Source: an uncultured delta proteobacterium (lineage in GTDB: Bacteria > Myxococcota > Kuafuiibacteriia > Kuafuiibacteriales > Kuafuiibacteriaceae). From it: a stretch of DNA of 64,000 nt. The notes under the pieces are model-generated. The model did not search any database. It saw only the letters and a list, made by a program, of their open reading frames with translations, and was not told where the DNA came from. Below, one piece after another: positions 29,601 to 38,401 of the stretch; position 1 is the stretch's first letter, and every line of letters begins with the position of its first letter. Where the stretch lies: NCBI GenBank assembly GCA_963803435.1, contig CAWDML010000008.1, positions 1 through 64,000 on the forward strand. Direction: 5' to 3'. A program made the position numbers and the translations under genes.

Positions 29601-32600
29601 CGCGCGCGCTGGGGACGGCGCTCGAGAAGCTGAGGGGCGTGGCCGCCGGGCTGCGCGGGCTGGAGCAGGTTCCGGACACCGCGATCGCGAAGATCGAGAG
29701 CGTGATCGCGGGCGCGAGACCGCTGGAGTCTGCCTTCTCGAGCGATCGCTTCCTCCACCTCGGGCGCGATTGGGCGGCGGGCGCGCTGCTGGCGGTGACG
29801 GAGACTGCAGGCATCCTCGACGCGCGTGCGGCGGAGGCGGCCGCCGGACCGAAGGACGACGCCAAGGGTCGCGAGGCGCCGATGCGTTCGCTGGCACAGC
29901 TGGTCGAGCGGCTGGCGGTGAACCCGGGTCGGCTCGGGGCCTGGTCGCGCCTGTCCCTCCTGATGCACGCGGAGCAGCGGCTGGCGGCGCTTCCCGGGCA
30001 CGACGAGGCGCTGCTGAAGCAGATCCGGAGCGCGGTGAAGGGCTATCGCGCGATCACCGGCGGCCCGGAGGCCGAGCACGCGGCGGCCGACATCCTCGAG
30101 GCCACGATCGAGCTGGGCGCGTCGATGATCAAGGCGCGGAAGATCGAGCAGGAGGCTGTCGCCGGCTACGCCGCCCTGGCGGAGACGGTGACCGCGATCC
30201 TCGAGCCGGGACGCGAGAAGACCGACGCGGATCGATCCGCGATCACCCGCGGCATCGAACAAGCCGAGACGCTGGCGAGGCTGCCGGGCGCCTCCGGGAC
30301 GAGCGCGCGAGAGGTGAGCCAGGCCCTCGGACATCTCCGGAGCGAAGAGAACGCGGTCCACCTCAAGGCGATCCGAACGCGCGTGCGCGACTCCGCGTCC
30401 AGCTACCTGGCGAAGGTTCGGGACGCCCGCCTGGTCCTCGACGAGGCGACGCGCGCCTTCGTCGAGTACGATCCGTTGAACGCCAAGGCCCCGCTCGCCG
30501 AGGCTGCACGCGATCTGCGGCGCGCGATCACCGACGCGACCGAGGTGCTGTCCGGACCGGCGGCTGTCGTGCTGGCGAAGACGCTGATCGAGCTGGCGGA
30601 TCGTCTCGAGGACATCGCCGACAAGGACGGACCGGCGGCGGCGGAAGCGCGCCGGCTGGTGGAGGAGCTCGATCCGCTGCTGCGCCGTGCGCGCGTGGTG
30701 GGTGAGGTGGAGGACGCACCGGCCCGGTTCGTCGACCTGGTGCGCGATCTCGAGGAGCGGACCGATCGCAGCCACCCACCGACGGACGAGCTGGCCGGCT
30801 GGGCCGATCGAGCCTCGGAGGCGCTCCTCGGGCTGATGGTGGTGGACGACGCGGAGCTGGCCGCGATGCTGGCGAAGGTCGAGGCGGAGCACTTCCCGCA
30901 CCTCGCCGAGAAGGCCAAGGCGCACCAGGACGAGCTCGCCGCCGCTGCGGCCGCCGAACGCGAGATCACGGCCGTCACGCCGGTCGCCGCGACGGGCATG
31001 GCGCGGATGCTCGAGGGCGATGTCGCCGAGGCCCGCGCACGGCTGCGGGCGCTGGCGGGTGGATTTCGCGCCGGCGCTCCGGCGGCCCCGGACGGTACCC
31101 GCCTGCAGGGCGAGGAGCGCGATCTGGTTCCGGAGGGCGTGGAGGCGCCCAAGCCCGAGAGCAAGCTGGGGCCGATCGAGCGCGCTCCGATCGCGGACGG
31201 GCAGGTCACCACGCGCTCCGACAAGGCCGAGATGGTGGCGCTCTCGACCGAGGGCCTGCGCGGGATCCGCAAGCGGATGCAGAAGGCCGCCGACCAGGTC
31301 GCGGAGGTGGGGGACCTCAAGGAGGCGATCCTCACCGAGTTCGAGCAGTTCATCGAGGACAACGCCAAGCTGGTCGAGGAGATGGCGGCGACGCTCCGCC
31401 AGTTCCCGGGGCTGGAGACGGTGCTGGTGCTCGACCAGTCCGAGTCCGCCGACAAGAAGTATGGGGACTCGCGCATCATCGATCAGGAACGAGCGTCGAT
31501 GGCGTTGATCCTGGCCGCCCACATGCGCGCGGAGCGCAACTGTGCGGTCGTGGGCTTCGGCGGGCACGTCGGTGACTCGAAGCCCGTCTCGGTGGTCGAG
31601 GGTGCGGTGGACGGTACCGTCGAGATTCCGCGGCCCAAGGACTGGGACGACGTCCGGGCCCAGCCGGTGAACTGGCAGCTCAGGAGCGAGCAGGCCGTCC
31701 TGGGGTCGAAGGTCTCCGAGCCCGGCGATCCGATCATGAAGCGGATCGACGGGCACGTCGTCTTCGAGCGGGTCGGTCCGTCGGGTCGGGCGCGCTACTA
31801 CCGGCAGGTCGATACGCACGTCTGCTTTCAGGGCGACGTCAACATTTACGCCCACAAGCCGATGGCCGTGAAGCTGACGCCGACCTCGGCGGACTACGCC
31901 TTCCGGATGGCGAAGAAGACGGACGGCTGGACGGACTTCATCGAGCCGGGAAACGTGGCGCTGGGGCAGTTCACCGAGCGCGCCAACAACAAGCTGATCC
32001 TGTTCCTCACCGACGCCGAGCTCAACGGTGCCTCGGACGTGCGGCGCTGGATCGACGACGTGCGCGGGCAGCACGTCGGGTTCGCGATGCTCGGGTTCGG
32101 CGACGCGCAGCACGTCCGCAAGATCGCGGGCGACTTCGGCGAGCACGTGAGCTCGTACTCGCAGGCGATCCACAAGACCAAGGAGCTGTTCCTTCGCACG
32201 GTGATCGCGAACGCGAACAAGTTCAAAGGACAGGTCAAGGGCGCGGCCGACGGCGTGGGTACTCCCGACGGACAGGCGCCGCTCAGCCCTGCGCCCTCCG
32301 ACGGGCCGATGGAGCAGGCGCTGTTGCTCTCGACGCCGACCAACATCGCCGGCGATCCGGCGGAGGTGTTCGCGACGCGCGGGCCGAAGCGCGAGCTGGA
32401 GAACCTGGTCGATCGCGGCCGGTATGAGCGCGCGGTGAAGGAGCTCGATCGACGCCACCTGGCGGTGTCGAAGAGCGCCAGCTACAAGCAGTGCCTGAAA
32501 GAGGTGCGGATGCTGCGCGCCCGGCACGAGCGGGAGGGGACGATCGAGGCGCTCTCCGGCGCGATCCAGCCGACGCTCCCCAAGTCGCGCGGTGTCGAGT

Positions 32601-33259
32601 GGGAGCGCAAGCAGCTGTCGGGCTCGAGCTTCGACGAACAGCAGCTGATCCTCTACGTGGCAGGTCTGGCGCAGGGCGTGCCGGTGCAGCGGATCTTCAA
32701 GCGACGCAAGGGCTCGGACGAGACGAAGGCACACGTGGTACTGGCGCTCGACGAGTCGTCGAGCATGGGTGATACGGAGAAGATGCGCGCCAACCTGGAG
32801 GCGTTGATCGCGTACGGTGACGCGCTCAAGGCGACGGACCCGGAGATCAAGATCGCGGTGGTCGGGTACGGCGACAAGGTCCGTCTCCACGCCGGCTTCG
32901 AGCAGGACTGGAACGAGGAGCTCAAGGCCCACCTCCTCCACCAGGCCAAGGGCACCTACGACGCGACCGACGACGAGCGGGCCGCGGTCGAGTCCATCGG
33001 GCTGCTGCGGATGATGGACGCCGAGGTCGGCATGGTCCTGAATTTCAGCGATGGCCAAGGCATGCCCGGCATGGAAGGTGTGATGAGGGCTGCAAACGAG
33101 GAAGGGTACGCGTTTCTCACCTGCGGTGTCGGTCCGGACTGCGTCAGCGTCAGCCGCTTCGGCGCCCACGGCTTCTACGCCCGTAACCTCTCGCAGATGG
33201 TTCAGAAGCTGGGGCCGAGGCTGTTCAAGAGCTGGGAGCTGGCGGGGAGGCTGTCGTGA
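20697..33259 (+). CDS. Giant midasin-like protein (about 4186 aa): 6 AAA+ modules, helical linker, 2 vWA/MIDAS domains; split by two apparent +1 indels near 26865 and 27607
   Basis: ORFs 20697-, 26956- and 27779-33259 join via [15 protein letters not shown] and [15 protein letters not shown]. Intact Walker A GPASSGKT (22746) and GTTGTGKT (23715) with ILIADE and WYIGDE; four degenerate modules; MIDAS motifs DQSES (31433) and DESSS (32750). Confidence 0.85.
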
Positions 33260-33705
33260 CCCGGCGCTTCTTCAACGGCCTCCAGATCGACGTTCCTGAC
33301 GGCTGGACGGACCTTTCGACCGTAATCATCGCCCCGAAGAAAGACGTAACGGAGGGGCACCGGCCGACGATCAATCTAGTAGTGAAGCGCCGGCCGGCCA
33401 AAGGACGAAGTCGCGACGATACTCTGAACGAATACCTGGCGTTCATGCGGCACAGCTTCGGCGTGCTCGAGGATCTCGAGACCAAGGAGCTGCTGGTCGG
33501 GAGCGTGAAGGCGAGGGCGGTCCGCTTCTCCACGAGCGCCAATGGAAAGCGCTTCCTGCAGATGACGATGCTCTACCAGATCGCAGGCGACGAGGTCTCC
33601 GCCACCGTCACACAGCTCGAAGGCGATCCCACGCCCCTGGACGAGATCGAGGATCTCCTCCAATCCATCCGGCCGGCCGGGCCGGGGATGTTCGGTATCA
33701 AGTGA
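33256..33705 (+). CDS. DcrB/DUF1795 (PsbP/Mog1-like fold) protein
   Basis: IDVPDGWTDLSTVII, TINLVV and terminal QMTML...SATVT pattern; GTGA overlap with the upstream stop. Confidence 0.7.
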   Translation: MTRRFFNGLQIDVPDGWTDLSTVIIAPKKDVTEGHRPTINLVVKRRPAKGRSRDDTLNEYLAFMRHSFGVLEDLETKELLVGSVKARAVRFSTSANGKRFLQMTMLYQIAGDEVSATVTQLEGDPTPLDEIEDLLQSIRPAGPGMFGIK

Positions 33706-33718
33706 AGGAAGGTTAGTC

Positions 33719-36436
33719 ATGAGCGAAGGAGTCAGACTCGAGCGAAAGCGCGAAGCGCCGGTGGGCCCGGCCGATCACCCGCTGGCGGCCAGCTGCGACG
33801 CGGGTTGTGAGACGAAGAGCCTGACGCTGGCCGACGCCTTCGAGGCGGCCAAGGCGACGCTCGGCGACAAGGAGCAGACGCAGGCGCACCTCAACCGGAT
33901 CAAGGAGAGCCCGGTCTTCGATCTGGTGATGCGCGCGAAGGACAACCACGTCCCCGAGGGGCAGATGGTGCAGCCCGAGCACGTGCTCCTCCAGCTGATG
34001 CAGGATCGCGGGCTGCCGCTGGGCAAGGATCGCGAGCGACAGCTCGAGAAGTGGGCCGACGAGCACGCGGCCGACGGCGCCGGCTTCTCGCCGCGCACGC
34101 GGCTGGCGCTGGTGAGCGCCAGCCTGATCGCCGGCGATCGCCCGGTCACGCTGGCGGACCTCGAGCGCGTGTTCGCCGAGGGTGGGGGCAAGGAGAGCGA
34201 GCTGCTCAACCAGTCGCTCGCGGAGGAGAAGCGCGAGCGGATCGTGAGCGGGAAACCGCTCGACGGCGCCGGCGAGGTGGGAGACCTCAAGAAGCTCGAC
34301 CTGCCCACGATCAACTCGTTGACCGAGGACCTGGTGTCGATGGCGAAGGAGGGTCTGCTCGATCAGGTCTCGGGTCGCGCCAAGGACATCGAGAAGGTGG
34401 CGCGCATCCTGTCGCAGCGGCAGCTGTCGAGCGTGACGCTCACGGGCGACCAGGGCGTGGGCAAGACGGCCGTTCCCGAGGGCCTCGCGGTGATGATCGC
34501 CAACGGAGAGGCGCCGGCCGGGCTCGAGAATGCGCGCATCATGAAGCTGCACATCTCCAGGCTGGCGAAGAAGTGCAACTGTCCCAACGGGCCCAGCCCC
34601 GAGGACGTGATCCGCGATCTGGCGGCCGAGGTGGCGCAGGCCAGCCGCCTCGATCCTCCGGTGAAGATCGTGTTCTTCATCGACGAGATCGGGAAGAAGC
34701 TGCTCCTCGATCCGGGCGCGAACCTGATCGCGCAGAACATGAAGGACTTCCTGGCGCGCGGTCAGCTGCAGGTGATCGGCGCGTGCACCACCGATGAGTA
34801 CCGCCAATCGGTGCGGCAGGACCCGGCGCTGCAGAACCGACTGCAGCCGCACGAGCTCAAGGAGCCCTCGCCGAAGGACGCGGTGAACATGCTCCTCACC
34901 AACATGGAGCGCTACGCGACGTTCCACGGCGTGGAGTACGACGCGGGCGCTGCCCAGGCCGCCGTCGACATGGCCGTGGGCGTGGGGCGCCGCGAGGATA
35001 TGCGGCTGCCCCGCTCGGCGATCTACTGGCTCGACGCGGCCGGCGCCGCCGTGAAGCTTCAGATCGAGGGCGATCCGCCACAGCTGCGGGTGCTGCGGAG
35101 TCAGATCCGAGACACCGACGTCGCGCTGCGGTCGGCCGTGGGCGACACCGACGAGGCCAAGCGCCTGCGCGAGGTGTTGACGGCCTCGCTCGAGGCTCAG
35201 ATGGCGGAGTTCGAGCGCCTCGAGCCGCTGGTGCGCCACGAGCGCTCGTTGCTCAAGGAGCTGCGGACGCTCGGCGATCAGCTCAAGACCGAGACCGACA
35301 GCGAGGAGCGGAGCCCCGAAAGGCTCCAGGATCTCAGCGAAAAGACGAAGGAGAAGCAGCGCGAGCTGGAGCGGCTGCCCGAGCGGTTCTTCAGCACACG
35401 GGTCGATCCGTTTGCGATCTACAAGGAGGTCGCGGTCGATCTCGACATGGAGGTGGAGCGGGTCAAGCCCATCGCCAAGGACGCGCCGTTCGATCCGCAG
35501 AGCGTGCTGCTCACCCGCGTGTTCGGGCAGGACGACGCGGTCGCCTCGGTGTCGCGCCGGCTCAAGCTCGACCGCGCCAAGCTGCGCGATCCGAACAAGC
35601 CGGTCGGCGCCCACTTCTTCGCAGGGCCGTCGGGCGTCGGCAAGACCGAGCTTGCGAAGGCGCTGGCCGACGACTTCTACAACGGCTCGTTCGAGATGAT
35701 CCCGTGCAACCGGCTCCAAGAGCGGCACGAGCTCGCGATCCTCAAGGGAGCGCCTCCCGGATACGTGGGATACGGCGAGACGATCGATCTGGCCGAGACC
35801 ATCCGCAAGCTCAACGCGAAGGGTGGCGGTGTGCTCCTGCTCGACGAGATCGAGAAGGCGCATCCCGACATCTTCCCGCTGATCATGCAGATCATCGACG
35901 AGGGCTTCTTCATCGACAACCAGGGCAAGAAGGTCGACTGCTCGCGCATCCACCTGGTGATGACGAGTAACCTCGGCAACGACAGCTTCGCGAAGTATGC
36001 GGGCGATGGCGAGTACACCAACCCGGGACAGGTCCAGAACGACTTCGACGTCGAGCTCAACCAGCGCATCCCTCCGGAGGTCATCGGTCGGATCCTCGAG
36101 ATCGGATCGCTGGACGTGTTCCTCCCGCTCGCTCAGAAGACGCGACTCAAGATCGTGAAGAGCCAGGTCGAGCGGATCGCATCGTTCGGCGGAGACGCGC
36201 GCGGCATGTCGATCACCGCCAGCGATCCGGCGATCGAGCGCCTCGCGAAGGAAGGCTTTCATCCCAAGTTCGGCGGGCGTGCGCTCAAGCAGGCGATCGC
36301 GGCGTCGGTCACCGATCCCCTCGCGGACAAGGTCCTCAGCGGCGAGATCCCCGACGGCTCCCAGATCACGGTGGTGCTCAAGGGAGGCAAGTTCGAGTTC
36401 GATCACGAGCCGACACCGGTGAGGCGCGGAAAGTAG
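33719..36436 (+). CDS. Divergent ClpB/ClpA-family (Hsp100) double-ring AAA+ ATPase
   Basis: D1 GDQGVGKT, FFIDE, IGACTTDEY; coiled-coil middle region; D2 GPSGVGKTELAK, GAPPGYVGY, LLDEIEKAHPD, MTSNLG, FGGRALK. Confidence 0.92.
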   Translation: MSEGVRLERKREAPVGPADHPLAASCDAGCETKSLTLADAFEAAKATLGDKEQTQAHLNRIKESPVFDLVMRAKDNHVPEGQMVQPEHVLLQLMQDRGLPLGKDRERQLEKWADEHAADGAGFSPRTRLALVSASLIAGDRPVTLADLERVFAEGGGKESELLNQSLAEEKRERIVSGKPLDGAGEVGDLKKLDLPTINSLTEDLVSMAKEGLLDQVSGRAKDIEKVARILSQRQLSSVTLTGDQGVGKTAVPEGLAVMIANGEAPAGLENARIMKLHISRLAKKCNCPNGPSPEDVIRDLAAEVAQASRLDPPVKIVFFIDEIGKKLLLDPGANLIAQNMKDFLARGQLQVIGACTTDEYRQSVRQDPALQNRLQPHELKEPSPKDAVNMLLTNMERYATFHGVEYDAGAAQAAVDMAVGVGRREDMRLPRSAIYWLDAAGAAVKLQIEGDPPQLRVLRSQIRDTDVALRSAVGDTDEAKRLREVLTASLEAQMAEFERLEPLVRHERSLLKELRTLGDQLKTETDSEERSPERLQDLSEKTKEKQRELERLPERFFSTRVDPFAIYKEVAVDLDMEVERVKPIAKDAPFDPQSVLLTRVFGQDDAVASVSRRLKLDRAKLRDPNKPVGAHFFAGPSGVGKTELAKALADDFYNGSFEMIPCNRLQERHELAILKGAPPGYVGYGETIDLAETIRKLNAKGGGVLLLDEIEKAHPDIFPLIMQIIDEGFFIDNQGKKVDCSRIHLVMTSNLGNDSFAKYAGDGEYTNPGQVQNDFDVELNQRIPPEVIGRILEIGSLDVFLPLAQKTRLKIVKSQVERIASFGGDARGMSITASDPAIERLAKEGFHPKFGGRALKQAIAASVTDPLADKVLSGEIPDGSQITVVLKGGKFEFDHEPTPVRRGK

Positions 36437-36440
36437 AGAG

Positions 36441-37967
36441 ATGCTCGATCGGCTCCAGACCCGCGGACCATTCGAGGTCTTCCACGGTCGCACCCTCGAG
36501 GTGGCGATCGCCGAGACCTCCTCGAAGTTTCCGGAGGAGCTCCAGAAGAACAAGGCCGCGCTCGGCTGTCACGAGAGGATCGCGCTCGGATTGAAGGGCG
36601 CCGCCGAGCGGGGTGGGAAGCCGCAACTGCGCTTGCGCATCCCGATGGAGGACGGCGGGGAGCTCCTGGTGATCCAGGTGGGGCGCCAGCTCCTCCCGAT
36701 GACGGTGCGGCGCCTCGACTGGGACAACACGGCGATCGAGCTCTTTCCGCCGGCGTCGGCCGGGGAGCTCGATCTCGAGGCCGGGAAGAAGTCGGGCGTG
36801 AGCGGCCTCTACGGGAAGAAGTCGGACAAGCTCGATCGGATGGCGGTGGTCCGCGGCCAGGGACCCGCGACGCACCTGGTGATCAAGGGCGCGGATCCGA
36901 TCTCGACGCTCCCGTACGCCTGGGCGCTCTATGAGGTGGCCGCCTCGCTGATCCGCCGGGCGGTCGCGGAGGTGCCGGCGAAGGACCGCGCGCACGAGGT
37001 CGACGTCCCGCGCCAAGCCAGGAAGACGTCCGACGCGCTGCTCATCGAGGCGCTGCTGGGCGGCCGCTGGGACGGATGTCGTCCGTCGAGCGGCCCGGCG
37101 CTGGCGCACGAGCTCCTGGGCGCCTTTTCGTATCGCGGGCGGACCGTGGCGGTGACCAGCACGAAGGGCGCGGGCGAAGGCATTCGCGTCTGGGTGGAGG
37201 CGGCCAAGGACGACTGGCGCCTGCTGCCCGCACCGAAGGACAAGTCCTGGCCGGAGGACGGGGCCACCCCGGTGCTCGCGGGCGATCAGCTGCACCTCTT
37301 CGGCGGGATCCGCGACGGCAAGGTGCTCGAGAGCCACTTCGCGATCGACCTCAGCCAGATCGACGATCCCGATCCCGGTATGTTCAGGAAGCTCGGAGAT
37401 CTCGGCACGCCGGTGGCCTGGGCGGCGGCGATCTTCGAAGGACGCGACGCCTTCATCGGCGGCGGCGTCGCCGGGTACATGGTCAAGGCGGGGGACAAGC
37501 GCGAGCGCGAGCGCATCATGCGGCAGGGCTTCGCTCTGCTCGGCAACAGGGGGCTCCGCGATCGCGCGCCCGCGCCCGGCGATCTCACCCGTAGCGCCGC
37601 GCTCGCGCACGGCGGCTGCCTGTTCTTCGCCCCCGGCATCGCCAGGGACGGCAAGGTGCGCTTGTACGACAACACGCAGGACGGCGCCTGGCTGACGCTG
37701 CCGAAGCTCCCCCTCGACGTCGGCCTGGGACAGCTGTTCATCGTCGATCGCACCCTGTACTACGCCGGCGGCTTTACCGCCGACGGTCCGTCGAGCGCGA
37801 TCTTCTCCGTCGATCTCGGCCAGCCGAACCCTGCGTGGGTCGACGCGGGCAGCTCGCCTTACTGCGCCGGGCTGGCGCGTCTCCTCGAGCGGAATGGCCA
37901 GCTCCAGTCGCTCATGGTGCGACCGGACGCGAGCAAGTGCTTCACGATCGCGGCGGGGGAGCGTTGA
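36441..37967 (+). CDS. Protein with unknown N-terminal domain and C-terminal Kelch-type beta-propeller
   Basis: Repeats LHLFGG, AFIGGG, LFFAPG, LYYAGG with Trp/Phe blade ends (WRLLP, FRKLG, WLTLP, WVDAG). Confidence 0.75.
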   Translation: MLDRLQTRGPFEVFHGRTLEVAIAETSSKFPEELQKNKAALGCHERIALGLKGAAERGGKPQLRLRIPMEDGGELLVIQVGRQLLPMTVRRLDWDNTAIELFPPASAGELDLEAGKKSGVSGLYGKKSDKLDRMAVVRGQGPATHLVIKGADPISTLPYAWALYEVAASLIRRAVAEVPAKDRAHEVDVPRQARKTSDALLIEALLGGRWDGCRPSSGPALAHELLGAFSYRGRTVAVTSTKGAGEGIRVWVEAAKDDWRLLPAPKDKSWPEDGATPVLAGDQLHLFGGIRDGKVLESHFAIDLSQIDDPDPGMFRKLGDLGTPVAWAAAIFEGRDAFIGGGVAGYMVKAGDKRERERIMRQGFALLGNRGLRDRAPAPGDLTRSAALAHGGCLFFAPGIARDGKVRLYDNTQDGAWLTLPKLPLDVGLGQLFIVDRTLYYAGGFTADGPSSAIFSVDLGQPNPAWVDAGSSPYCAGLARLLERNGQLQSLMVRPDASKCFTIAAGER

Positions 37968-38401
37968 TGCTGAGCTTCGCCGACGAGCTGAAGGATCGGG
38001 TCGTGAGGCTCCTCGACGACGTCGAGGCCCTGCACCTGGTCGCGGCCGTCGGCTTTCTGGCGGACGACCCGGAGCTCTATGCGCAGAACCGGAGCGAGCT
38101 GGCGCGTGGGCCGTGGCGCTACCTCGAGCTGACCGACGACGAGGCGGCCGCGCGCGGTTTGCTCGAAGAGGGCTGGAACGAGCCCAGGCTGGTGATCCTC
38201 TCCCCGGACAAGCGCCCACGCGCGCTGCTTGAGCTGGTGCGCGCCTTCGTCGATCGCCGGGACCAGGTCGACCTGGGTGACTTCGTCAAGCGCACGCGCA
38301 GCCGCGCTCAGAGCCTGGTGCTCCTGGTGAACGGCGCGCCCCAGAGCGAGCGGATTCCACCCGAGCTTCGCCACGTTCCCTGCTGGGAGTTTGTGGCATG
38401 A
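37967..38401 (+). CDS. Hypothetical protein (144 aa), alpha/beta pattern
   Basis: ATG overlaps the upstream TGA and its stop overlaps the next ATG; host-like codons. Confidence 0.7.
   Translation: MLSFADELKDRVVRLLDDVEALHLVAAVGFLADDPELYAQNRSELARGPWRYLELTDDEAAARGLLEEGWNEPRLVILSPDKRPRALLELVRAFVDRRDQVDLGDFVKRTRSRAQSLVLLVNGAPQSERIPPELRHVPCWEFVA

Noticed and set aside
28769-33169. 1466 aa minus-strand ORF, and similar long antisense ORFs (21519-23897, 24495-26522, 33713-36553, 41427-43589)
   Set aside because: Antisense shadows of real high-GC genes; no motifs and Arg/Leu/His-skewed composition.
20697-33259. Mg/Co chelatase or McrB-type restriction ATPase interpretation
   Set aside because: No chelatase large subunit or nuclease partner is visible, and the six concatenated modules do not fit either.
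33256-36436. Type VI secretion locus (ClpV plus EagR-like gene)
   Set aside because: No sheath, Hcp, VgrG, PAAR, baseplate or membrane-complex genes recognised in the window.
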